DNA of 64,000 nt from an uncultured Candidatus Actinomarina sp. (GTDB taxonomy: Bacteria > Actinomycetota > Acidimicrobiia > Actinomarinales > Actinomarinaceae). The notes beneath the pieces were generated by a model that saw only the letters and a program-made list of their open reading frames with translations, made no database searches and was not told the origin of the DNA. How positions within the stretch are numbered: position 1 is the stretch's first letter; each line of letters opens with the position of its first letter. The DNA is taken from assembly GCA_902510995.1 (NCBI GenBank), contig CABXDL010000003.1, positions 22 through 64,021 of the forward strand, given 5' to 3'. The position numbers and the translations under genes were made by a program. This document shows, piece after piece, positions 17,863 to 25,876 of this stretch.

Positions 17863-18267
17863 GTGATAAAAGAATTTAGAAATTTTATTAACAGAGGGAA
17901 TGTCGTTGAATTAGGAGTTGCTTTCGTAATGGGAGCTTCATTCAAATCTTTAGTAGATGTTTTCACAAAAAGATTAGTTGAGCCTGTTATTGGATTAGTC
18001 CTAAATATTCCCAATTTGGAAAATTTAGGTTTATTTGGTGACATAGATCCAGCTTCTGGAATAAATGCAGGTAGTATTGGTGCTTTTCTAGGTGAAATTA
18101 TAAATTATTTAATAATTGCTTTTGTGATGTTTTTAGTTATCAAAGCTTATAATCACTTTGAAGATATGGTCGATGATGATGAAGAAACAGAACAGGCATC
18201 AGAGTCGAAAGAAGTTACTCTTCTTAAAGAGATAAGAGATGGAATTAATAATTTAACTAAAAGTTAA
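17863..18267 (+). CDS. mscL: Large-conductance mechanosensitive channel
   Basis: 134 aa. A GTG start follows GGAGG. IKEFRNFINRGNVVELGVAFVMGASF is the canonical MscL N-terminus. Confidence 0.93.
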   Translation: MIKEFRNFINRGNVVELGVAFVMGASFKSLVDVFTKRLVEPVIGLVLNIPNLENLGLFGDIDPASGINAGSIGAFLGEIINYLIIAFVMFLVIKAYNHFEDMVDDDEETEQASESKEVTLLKEIRDGINNLTKS

Positions 18268-18278
18268 AATTAATTTTT

Positions 18279-20036
18279 ATGAAGGAAAATAATCTTAAAA
18301 AATTATTTTTGTATTCTCAAAAGCAAGATACAAAAATTAAAAGAGGGATAATTTATTCTATTTTAAATAAATTATTTGACCTTGCTCCTCCAGTTTTGAT
18401 AGGAGTAGCAATAGATATAGTTGTTGAAGGATCAGATTCATTTCTTGGAAATCTTGGTTATGAAGATAGAAGACACCAATTAATAATATTAGCTGTACTA
18501 ACTTTTGTAATCTGGGGTCTAGAGTCAACTTTTGATTATGCGGCAGCAGTAACATGGCGAAATATCTCACAAGACATTGAACACAAACTTAGAACTGAAA
18601 CATTTAATAACGCTCTAGAGCTTGATTTAGAATTTTTTGAAAATAAATCTTCTGGAAGATTAATGGCAATATTAAATGATGATGTTAATCAACTTGAAAA
18701 ATTTCTTGATACTGGAGCAAATAAACTTTTACAAACAATGACAACTGTTCTTGTAATTGGTGGAACCTTTATTTATATCTCTCCATTAATTGCTATATTT
18801 GCATTTATACCAATACCAATAATAATTTTTGGCTCATTTAGATTTACTAAAACAATTGCTAAAAGATATACAAAAATCCGAAATACAATTGAGTCTTTAA
18901 ATGCCAACCTATCCAACTCACTTACGGGAATACTGACGGTCAAAAGTTTTAATAGGGAAAGCAAAGAGTCTGAAAGAATAAATCAATCATCAGAAGAAGT
19001 AAAAGCAGCAAATTACCATGCTATAAAACTTTCAGCTGCATTTATTCCAATAATCAGAGTCGCTATCTTGTTTGGTTTTACAGCAACATTACTAATAGGT
19101 GGATTTATGGCCTTAGATGGAGAAATAAAAGTAGCAATGTATTCTGTTCTTCTTTTTATAACTCAAAGATTGCTTTGGCCTTTAACTGAACTTGGTGATA
19201 CTTTTGACTTATACCAAAGAGCTATGGCGTCATTTAAAAGAATAAATACACTTAAAGAGACTAAGCCAAAAATCACTAATGGTGATAATGAGCTAAGTAA
19301 TTTTAATAAGTCTATAGTTTTTCATAATGTCAACTTTTCTTATGTAGAAGGATTTTCAGTCTTAAATAATATTTCAGTTGAGATCAATAAAGGTGAAACT
19401 GTAGCAATTGTTGGAAGTACGGGTTCTGGAAAATCGACAATGATTAAGCTTATTTTGAGACTCTATGATGTAGATGATGGGAATATCAAATTTGACCATA
19501 TAGATATTAAAGATATAAACCTAGAAAGTCTTAGAAATAAGATTGCATTAGTTAGCCAAGATATATTTCTTTTCGAAGGATCTGTCTTTGAAAATATTGC
19601 ATATGGAAATCTTGAAGCTACTAATGATGAAATTTGGGAAGCAGCAAGGTTGTCTGAGTCGGATGAATTTATAAATCAATTACCTAATAAAGAACATACA
19701 ATTGTTGGAGAAAGAGGACAGAAGCTCTCTGGTGGTCAAAGACAAAGAATATCTATCGCTAGAGCAATTTTAAAAAATCCCGAAATATTAATATTAGATG
19801 AAGCTACCTCAGCAGTTGATAACGAAACAGAGGCTGCAATCCAACGTTCTTTAGATACCTTAAAAGAAGGTCGAACAGTTATTGCAATAGCTCACCGTCT
19901 TTCAACTATAAGAAATGCTAATAAAATATATGTATTAGAAAATGGAGAAATTGTTGAAAGTGGTACTCATGATGAACTTGTTTCAATCGGAAAAGTCTAC
20001 TCAGGTCTTTGGGATGTACAAACAGGTAACAGGTAG
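18279..20036 (+). CDS. ABC exporter, fused permease/ATPase (MsbA/MdlB-like)
   Basis: 585 aa. A six-TM N-domain is followed by Walker A GSTGSGKST, the signature LSGGQRQR and Walker B ILILDEATS. Confidence 0.9.
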   Translation: MKENNLKKLFLYSQKQDTKIKRGIIYSILNKLFDLAPPVLIGVAIDIVVEGSDSFLGNLGYEDRRHQLIILAVLTFVIWGLESTFDYAAAVTWRNISQDIEHKLRTETFNNALELDLEFFENKSSGRLMAILNDDVNQLEKFLDTGANKLLQTMTTVLVIGGTFIYISPLIAIFAFIPIPIIIFGSFRFTKTIAKRYTKIRNTIESLNANLSNSLTGILTVKSFNRESKESERINQSSEEVKAANYHAIKLSAAFIPIIRVAILFGFTATLLIGGFMALDGEIKVAMYSVLLFITQRLLWPLTELGDTFDLYQRAMASFKRINTLKETKPKITNGDNELSNFNKSIVFHNVNFSYVEGFSVLNNISVEINKGETVAIVGSTGSGKSTMIKLILRLYDVDDGNIKFDHIDIKDINLESLRNKIALVSQDIFLFEGSVFENIAYGNLEATNDEIWEAARLSESDEFINQLPNKEHTIVGERGQKLSGGQRQRISIARAILKNPEILILDEATSAVDNETEAAIQRSLDTLKEGRTVIAIAHRLSTIRNANKIYVLENGEIVESGTHDELVSIGKVYSGLWDVQTGNR

Positions 20037-20042
20037 TAAATA

Positions 20043-21230
20043 TTACCTCAATACCTTAGAAGCTATATGTTCCCCTATTGCTAAACATGCAGTTGCAGCT
20101 GGACTAGGTGCATTTAAAACGTGTAAAGAGCTAAGCCCTTCTTGGAACATGAAATCATCAACTAAACTGCCATCTTTATCAACAGCTTGAGCTCTAACTC
20201 CTGCCTCTCTGACCTGTATATCTTTAGTTGTTATTGCGGGTATTAATTTATTAATTTCATTTACGAATGCCTTTTTATTTAAAGATCTGTACATTTCTGA
20301 AATCCCAGTTTTATAATATTTTTTTCCTAGCTTCAACATTCCGCCATAAGTCAAGCTACTTAAAGTCTCCTTGAAATTAAAATTTGTCCATTTATAGCCT
20401 TCTTTAGCAAAAGCAAATACTGCATTTGGACCTGCTTCAATATCTCCATCAATATTTCGTGTTAAGTGGATTCCTAGAAAAGGAAGATCAGGGTCTGCAA
20501 TAGGGTAAATCATATTGTTAACAAGATTACTTTTTGATTTATCAAGTGTGTAATACTCACCTCTAAATGGAATTATTTGGACATTAGGATCTAAACCATC
20601 CAACTTAGCTAATCTATCTGAATGAAGTCCTCCACAATTAATTAAATAATCTCCTTGGAACTTGTTTTTCTTAGTCCTAAGAGTCTTACCTCCTTTTATA
20701 GATTCTATAGATATTATTTCTTCAAAATATTCGACTTTTCCACCCAGACTATCGAACTCTTCTGCCAAAGCTTCTGTTACTTTTCTATAATTCACTACGC
20801 CTGCTTGAGGTACAAATAACCCCTGATTAATAATCGAGTTAGGCTCTTTATCTGAAAGTTCTTGATTGGTTAATATTTTTACACCTTCCATACTTAAATT
20901 TTTACTTCTTTCTAAAAGATGTTCTATCTTTTCAATATTTGTATCAACTACAATTTTTCCTTCTAAGCGAAAGGGAACTTTTTTTAACTTGAGGAAATCA
21001 ATTAACAACTCCCTACCCCTTATTGAGAGTTGTGATTTAAATGAATTAGGCTTGTAGTAGATTCCTGAATGTATTACTCCTGAATTCCTCCCAGATTGAT
21101 GAAATCCAGGAGTTTTTTCTTTCTCTAGAACTAGAACACTTTTTCCTGATTGTTGTATTTTTACAGCTGTAGAAAAACCAACAATACCACCTCCGATAAT
21201 AAGAAAATCAAAATTACTATTACTATCCAT
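20043..21230 (-). CDS. lhgO: FAD-dependent L-2-hydroxyglutarate oxidase/dehydrogenase-like oxidoreductase
   Basis: 395 aa. FDFLIIGGGIVGFSTA and GRNSGVIHSGIYYKPNS are present. The ATG lies 2 nt downstream of the tmRNA 3' CCA. Confidence 0.8.
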   Translation of the reverse strand: MDSNSNFDFLIIGGGIVGFSTAVKIQQSGKSVLVLEKEKTPGFHQSGRNSGVIHSGIYYKPNSFKSQLSIRGRELLIDFLKLKKVPFRLEGKIVVDTNIEKIEHLLERSKNLSMEGVKILTNQELSDKEPNSIINQGLFVPQAGVVNYRKVTEALAEEFDSLGGKVEYFEEIISIESIKGGKTLRTKKNKFQGDYLINCGGLHSDRLAKLDGLDPNVQIIPFRGEYYTLDKSKSNLVNNMIYPIADPDLPFLGIHLTRNIDGDIEAGPNAVFAFAKEGYKWTNFNFKETLSSLTYGGMLKLGKKYYKTGISEMYRSLNKKAFVNEINKLIPAITTKDIQVREAGVRAQAVDKDGSLVDDFMFQEGLSSLHVLNAPSPAATACLAIGEHIASKVLR

Positions 21231-21232
21231 AT

Positions 21233-21573
21233 TGGTGGAGGTGCGGGGAGTCGAACCCCGGTCCTTTTAAGCTATCAAACAGCTTCTCCGAGTGCATCTG
21301 GTGTAATACTATTGAGAAAGTCACCAGAACCTATTCCTCAATAGTTTCTACCTTAAAGCTTAAAAGTTAGTCGGTAGCCTAACTTCGCATCCCACATTTC
21401 AACGCCGATACTACCCGAGGTGGGAACCCCGATAGTCGACGAGCCGCAATTAAGCGGCTATAGCCAATTTAGGTTTGGCAGTTATATTTTTTTTCCTACG
21501 TTTTTTACGAGGCCCTAGGTCCCTCGACTCGCTACTGAGAGACTCACTTCAAAGTCGAAGCCAGTTCACCCCC
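21233..21573 (-). ncRNA. ssrA: tmRNA (SsrA), 341 nt, CCA encoded
   Basis: The 5' end is GGGGGUGAACUGGCUUCGAC and the 3' end is GGACCGGGGUUCGACUCCCCGCACCUCCACCA (tRNA-Ala-like acceptor/T arm). An internal tag ORF follows an A-rich stretch, as in E. coli ssrA. GC content is markedly higher than the surroundings. Confidence 0.93.
21450..21479 (-). other. tmRNA tag-peptide reading frame: GCC AAA CCU AAA UUG GCU AUA GCC GCU UAA = AKPKLAIAA*
   Basis: The resume codon was placed by analogy with E. coli (A-rich tract, then GCN). The tag ends in the hydrophobic AIAA, like the canonical ALAA. The exact resume codon is not verified. Confidence 0.6.
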
Positions 21574-21581
21574 ATATAACT

Positions 21582-21610
21582 ATTATGGTCTTACAATATT
21601 TATTAACCAA
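21582..21610 (-). promoter_or_regulatory. Candidate sigma70-type promoter for ssrA (-35 TTGGTT, 17-nt spacer, -10 CATAAT)
   Basis: Reading the minus strand gives cTTGGTTaataaatattgtaagacCATAATagttatatGGGGG. The -10 box ends 8 nt before the mature 5' G. It was found by sequence pattern only. Confidence 0.4.
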
Positions 21611-21625
21611 GATAAAAAATAAGTT

Positions 21626-22273
21626 ATGAAAACAAATGAAAATACTTTCAATCTAAACAGTATTCTTGAGGTTATTTTGGATTCTACAGATAATGATGGA
21701 TTAATATTTATACCTAAAAATAGCGAAATTCATGTAATTATTGAAAATTACTTTGGAAAAATTGTAATAAGTGAAATAAAAATAATAAATATTGAAGATC
21801 AGCTCTCACTATCTAAAGATATGTTGGAAAGCTCATTGCCATTGCTTGATTTAAAACATCTAGATAGATATTTATTTAAGCAATTAAGCGACAGAGCTAG
21901 TTTTAATTATTCACCCTATAATTACTTTCCAAATTACGATTTCTCAGTATTTGAAAAAGGAAGAAGGCCTAATGAGATTGATTGGGCAATGTTTGCAATG
22001 TTATATATTTTTGCGTGTAATGTACTTCCAGAATCAATTAAAGTTGGGCTATCTCTAGCAAAAGAATTAAGGGTTTCTGAAGAAAACTTAAAAAAGTTTA
22101 TCAAAAAAATTCCTGAAAATATATTTAGAAAAACTGGTCATTTAGAAAGCAGAGGTGGAAACTTAACTTTTGATGCTGAAGAACTAATAAAAAATAATTT
22201 AAATGAAGAAGACAAAATAGATTTTGATGAAAATCCTTATTTAAAATTTCACTCTGGCTCTGATTTAGCTTGA
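21626..22273 (+). CDS. Hypothetical protein (possible C-terminal helix-turn-helix-like segment)
   Basis: 215 aa with no family recognised. The segment GLSLAKELRVSEENLKKFIKK is HTH-like. Its 3' end overlaps the convergent PPOX gene by 25 nt. Confidence 0.55.
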   Translation: MKTNENTFNLNSILEVILDSTDNDGLIFIPKNSEIHVIIENYFGKIVISEIKIINIEDQLSLSKDMLESSLPLLDLKHLDRYLFKQLSDRASFNYSPYNYFPNYDFSVFEKGRRPNEIDWAMFAMLYIFACNVLPESIKVGLSLAKELRVSEENLKKFIKKIPENIFRKTGHLESRGGNLTFDAEELIKNNLNEEDKIDFDENPYLKFHSGSDLA

Positions 22274-22689
22274 GGACGAATCATAGAATTCAATCTATCA
22301 ACTTCTATAATCCATAATTCTCTATCTTTAATGCCTGCTTCGTCCCAGGAAATAGGATCTTCTCTTGCATAAGGATGCTTCGTGTATCTATTGTACAACT
22401 TATCAATGTGTTCATTTGCAGTATGATCCTCAATTATCTCAACAACTCTACCTCTAACTTCCCAGCTTGAATACATTTCTGATGGTTCAAAAACTACCAA
22501 CGTAATCGAATTATTCTCTCTAATATTTAAAGTTTTTTGTCTACCTTTTTCTGTATTAATAAGTAGAGAATCATCTTTATAATCTACCCACATTAAATGG
22601 TTTTGTATTTCTCCATTACTTAAGATTGTTGCTATTGCTGTAAATGCATTATTATCGATAGCCTTTTTTAATTCCAAAGATAGTTGCAT
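22249..22689 (-). CDS. Pyridoxamine 5'-phosphate oxidase-family (PPOX-class, probably F420/FMN-dependent) protein
   Basis: The split-barrel pattern is visible (ATILSNGEIQNHLMWVDY...LLINTEKGRQKTLNIRENNSITLVVF...WEVRGRV). The ATG at 22687..22689 is preferred over the track's TTG at 22707. Confidence 0.7.
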   Translation of the reverse strand: MQLSLELKKAIDNNAFTAIATILSNGEIQNHLMWVDYKDDSLLINTEKGRQKTLNIRENNSITLVVFEPSEMYSSWEVRGRVVEIIEDHTANEHIDKLYNRYTKHPYAREDPISWDEAGIKDRELWIIEVDRLNSMIRPQAKSEPE

Positions 22690-22719
22690 ATAAATTATTT
22701 TAAGCAAAAATAATTACAT

Positions 22720-23292
22720 ATGGCTTTTATAAATATTTTTAACTTTGAAGAATCTTCCGGTCTTTTAAAAAAAGAATATGAAAAAGGAATGAGAAGAGCT
22801 GGGAGAATTTGGAAAATACTTAGTATCCAATCTCAAACTCCTGAAATACTTCAAGATTCAATGAGACTTTATGGTTCAACGATGTATGGAAAATCAAAAT
22901 TAACTAGGTTTGATAGAGAACTACTTGCTGTGGTTACTTCGATTTCAAATGAATGTGAATACTGAATACGAGCACATTTATACGATCTCCGGTCGGAGAC
23001 AGAAAACCAAGAACTTATAGATGAGGTTGCTAAAGATTGGAAAAGTAGTTCCTTATCTCCAAAACACATGGAGCTATGCAAATTTGCAGAAAAATTAACA
23101 ATCAAACCAGATAAAATAAATAAAAATGATATTGAATCACTTAAATCTTTTAAATTTAATGAAATAGAAATTTCAGAAATAGTCCAAGTTATATCTTATT
23201 TCAATTACATAAATAGAGTCGCCGATGGTTTAGGTTTAGAACCTGAAGATTTTATCGACAAATTAGGCTATAAAAAACATATTGATGAATAA
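22720..23292 (+). CDS. AhpD/carboxymuconolactone-decarboxylase-family 'peroxidase-related' protein with one in-frame TGA (22963..22965) at the second Cys of C-x-x-C-x-x-x-H: candidate selenoprotein, or else a pseudogene
   Basis: Track ORFs 22720..22965 and 23068..23292 share a frame, and the 102 nt between them carry no stop. The joined translation reads ...AVVTSISNECEY[TGA]IRAHLYDLRSE...ELCKFAEKLT...VQVISYFNYINRVADGLG, for 190 residues. Confidence 0.7.
22986..22999 (+). promoter_or_regulatory. GC-rich hairpin UCUCC-GGUC-GGAGA 21 nt downstream of the in-frame UGA (SECIS-like candidate)
   Basis: A 5-bp stem carries a tetraloop containing GU. It is built from the codons CTC CGG TCG GAG, which are rare in this AT-rich window. 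A possible outer helix pairs CAUUUAUA (22975..22982) with UAUAGAUG (23015..23022). Confidence 0.4.
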
Positions 23293-23316
23293 GTAAGTTT
23301 CTCTAACATAGCTTTA

Positions 23317-24249
23317 GTGGAAAAAAGAAAAACTTTAATACTATTTAATACTTTAATATTTATATTTCTGTCTACTTTTATAGTGTCTGAAAAATTAAAT
23401 ATTGCTGGAAATACATTATTCAATAATCAGAAAGAAATTATTGCAATGAATGATGAAATAAAAGTTTCAAATAATGAAGATGGAATCATAAATACAACAA
23501 CTACAACCGTACCAACATTACAAGATAGTTACGAAGAAGAAATGCAAACTAGTCTCAACTTTAACTTGCCTGAAAGTGATGGTGTAGATATTTATTCATC
23601 AAAAATTTCAATTTATTCAACAGAAGAACAAACAGCACTCAGTAAATTAATACCAGGAGTAAGCCTTGAAAGTGGATGCATTGTGGAAGAAGCTCAAGAG
23701 TTAGAAAACCAATGGATTAATATTATTAAAGCTAATGCTTATAGCGAAGATAAAATTAATTTCTCTATATCGCTTGAATCGAATTTACCAATAGATATAA
23801 ATTGTCTTTCAAATTTTATTACTTCTATATTAAACGATAAGCGTGGTTGGAAAACTGTAGTTGAAAAAGAATTCCAGGTTGTTAGCTATGATGATGCTGA
23901 CTTCCATATCTTTCTTGCTAACCCAGATGCGGTTGATGAGATGTGTTTCCCTTTACAAACAAATGGTATCTATTCTTGTCGAAATGGAAATCAAATAATT
24001 TATAACTATTTTAGGTGGTTATCTGGAGCAAAAGATTTTGGACTCGATATAGCTACTTATAGACTTTATCTAATTAATCATGAAATAGGACATATGCTTG
24101 GATGGGGTCATACGAATTGTCCTTCTCAGAATGCTTTAGCACCACTAATGATGCAGCAATCTAAATCAACTGATGGATGTATTCCAAATGGTTGGCCTAT
24201 TTATGAAAGAATTAGCTATCTATACGAATCTGTAGAAAATTTTAAATAA
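23317..24249 (+). CDS. Membrane-anchored/exported HExxHxxGxxH zinc metalloprotease-like protein (DUF3152-like)
   Basis: 310 aa with a GTG start. The N-terminus has a hydrophobic anchor TLILFNTLIFIFLSTFIV and a short TTTT tract. INHEIGHMLGWGH lies near the C-terminus. Confidence 0.7.
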   Translation: MEKRKTLILFNTLIFIFLSTFIVSEKLNIAGNTLFNNQKEIIAMNDEIKVSNNEDGIINTTTTTVPTLQDSYEEEMQTSLNFNLPESDGVDIYSSKISIYSTEEQTALSKLIPGVSLESGCIVEEAQELENQWINIIKANAYSEDKINFSISLESNLPIDINCLSNFITSILNDKRGWKTVVEKEFQVVSYDDADFHIFLANPDAVDEMCFPLQTNGIYSCRNGNQIIYNYFRWLSGAKDFGLDIATYRLYLINHEIGHMLGWGHTNCPSQNALAPLMMQQSKSTDGCIPNGWPIYERISYLYESVENFK

Positions 24250-24256
24250 ATTTTAA

Positions 24257-24751
24257 TTAACTATTTGCTTCTAAGATATCTTGATCTTCTTCTGGGTTAT
24301 TGATTAGTGAAACAGTATTTGAAGAATTAATAGCTTTAGTATTTGGTTCTATTCCTCGACTATTATTCCAACACATCGATGACACTGCTATTAGTACAGC
24401 AATGAAAGCCAAGCTAGTTGATTGAACTGGTACATTTGATTCAATCCCACCAAGAAAATTGCTTAGAGCAAAACCTGCAAACATTACTGAATAGAATCTC
24501 ATAATTATTTTTTGAGCATATACTTCATCTACAAATCTAGCCCAATTTGATAATAGAGAAATCGAAATACATAAAATCCAAACAACTCTTGAAGAGTTAA
24601 TCCAAGAACCTTGAGCTTGAGATAAATAACTTATATTAAAAACATTGGAAATAGTAGCTGGAGCTAAAACTAAAGCTACTGCGACCAACCCACTAAATAT
24701 AGCTATAACACTATTCATTGTTTTATAATCACTAAATTTATTATTTAACAT
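24257..24751 (-). CDS. Hypothetical integral membrane protein (about 4 TM)
   Basis: 164 aa with several hydrophobic helices. No family was recognised. Confidence 0.6.
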   Translation of the reverse strand: MLNNKFSDYKTMNSVIAIFSGLVAVALVLAPATISNVFNISYLSQAQGSWINSSRVVWILCISISLLSNWARFVDEVYAQKIIMRFYSVMFAGFALSNFLGGIESNVPVQSTSLAFIAVLIAVSSMCWNNSRGIEPNTKAINSSNTVSLINNPEEDQDILEANS

Positions 24752-24884
24752 ATTTACATTATGGGATACAAGTTATTCATAAACAAGAGTTTTTTTAACG
24801 ATTAATTAAAATTGTATTTGGTGCCAGCAAACAACTAAATCGTATAATAATTATGGCGGTTTCTCTGTAGTAAGACAACAACTA

Positions 24885-25820
24885 TTATGATTTTTTATTA
24901 ATTACTGAAGATAAATCATCATTTAAAATATCTTTGATATTTTTAATAAGTTGTTGACCAGCTCTTAATTGAGCTTCTTTAGTTGAGGCACCTAGGTGAG
25001 GAAGAGTAATTACCTTACTATTTACATGCTCTTTTTTTATTTCTGGAGGTTCTTTTTCATAGACATCTAAACCAGCTGAATAAAGTTTATTTTCTTTAGT
25101 TAGATTAAATACTTCATGCTCATCTATTAACCCACCCCTAGATGTATTAACTATTATCGATCCTTCTTTCATTATTGATAGTTTCTCCTTGGAGATTAGG
25201 CTATCTGTTTCTTTGTTCTTTGGTATATGGATTGAAACAAAATCTGAAGTCATTAACAACTCATCAAGATCTATTTTTTCTTCCTTTTCAGTTGAGCTAT
25301 CAATAAACGGATCGTAGAAAACTATCTTCATATCAAAGCTCTGCATTCTTGTTGATACTAATTTTGCAACTTTGCCAAAACCTATTAAGCCCAATTGCTT
25401 TTTATGTAATTCAATTCCCATAAATTGTGATCTTTCCCATTCATTTTTTTTAACTGAATTGTTAGCAACAGTAATGTTTCTAGCAGCAGCAATTATTAAA
25501 CCAACTGTTAATTCAGCTGCTGAAATGACATTAGCTTCAGGAGTGTTCGTTACATAAATATTTCTTTCTGATGCTTCAACTAGGTCTATATTGTCAGTCC
25601 CTACTCCACTGCGGCCAATAATTTTTAGATTTTCGCTAGTATCAATTAATTCTTTGTTTATTTGAGTATCGCTTCTAACTAAAACAATTTCTGCATCAAC
25701 AATATTTTCTATAACTTTTTCTTTTTTATTCTTTTCCTCAGAAACGTCGATGCAATTTCCTATTTTTTGTAATTCTTCTAGTGTTAGTTTGTCTAATTTA
25801 TCACAAATAAGTATTTTCAT
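24885..25820 (-). CDS. D-isomer-specific 2-hydroxyacid dehydrogenase (short D-3-phosphoglycerate dehydrogenase-like, no ACT domain)
   Basis: 311 aa. The NAD motif GLIGFGKVAKLV, NTSRGGLID and HLGAST are present. Confidence 0.8.
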   Translation of the reverse strand: MKILICDKLDKLTLEELQKIGNCIDVSEEKNKKEKVIENIVDAEIVLVRSDTQINKELIDTSENLKIIGRSGVGTDNIDLVEASERNIYVTNTPEANVISAAELTVGLIIAAARNITVANNSVKKNEWERSQFMGIELHKKQLGLIGFGKVAKLVSTRMQSFDMKIVFYDPFIDSSTEKEEKIDLDELLMTSDFVSIHIPKNKETDSLISKEKLSIMKEGSIIVNTSRGGLIDEHEVFNLTKENKLYSAGLDVYEKEPPEIKKEHVNSKVITLPHLGASTKEAQLRAGQQLIKNIKDILNDDLSSVINKKS

Positions 25821-25876
25821 TATTTATATCTCAACCTATCTAATGCTAACTCATATACTTGCTTAGAGTATTTATA

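Noticed and set aside
17805-18044. The 80-codon N-terminal extension of the track ORF 16425..18044.
   Set aside because: The extension is antisense to the well-supported mscL gene and has no homologous-looking sequence. The internal ATG at 17804 gives a proper signal/lipobox N-terminus.
20030-20050. The short hairpin AGGTA-N8-TACCT spanning the ABC-transporter stop and the lhgO stop, considered as a bidirectional terminator.
   Set aside because: The stem is only 5 bp, it lies largely within coding sequence and stop codons, and there is no flanking T-run. It is too weak to call.
21150-21600. A genomic island integrated at the tmRNA gene (ssrA is a classic integration hotspot).
   Set aside because: The 3' end of ssrA is followed directly by lhgO. 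I saw no integrase, no phage or IS genes, no duplicated copy of the ssrA 3' end (att-like repeat) and no compositional break visible by eye. The variable-looking genes lie on the 5' side, which is not where tmRNA-targeting elements insert.
22720-23292. Treating 22720..22965 and 23068..23292 as two independent small genes, or treating the TGA as a globally reassigned sense codon (Trp/Gly).
   Set aside because: Both pieces are in one frame with no other stop between them, and together they reconstruct a single AhpD/CMD-family domain. Neither half would be a complete fold on its own. Global reassignment is unlikely because the prfB autoregulatory frameshift site (CTT TGA C) in this window depends on UGA being read as stop by RF2.
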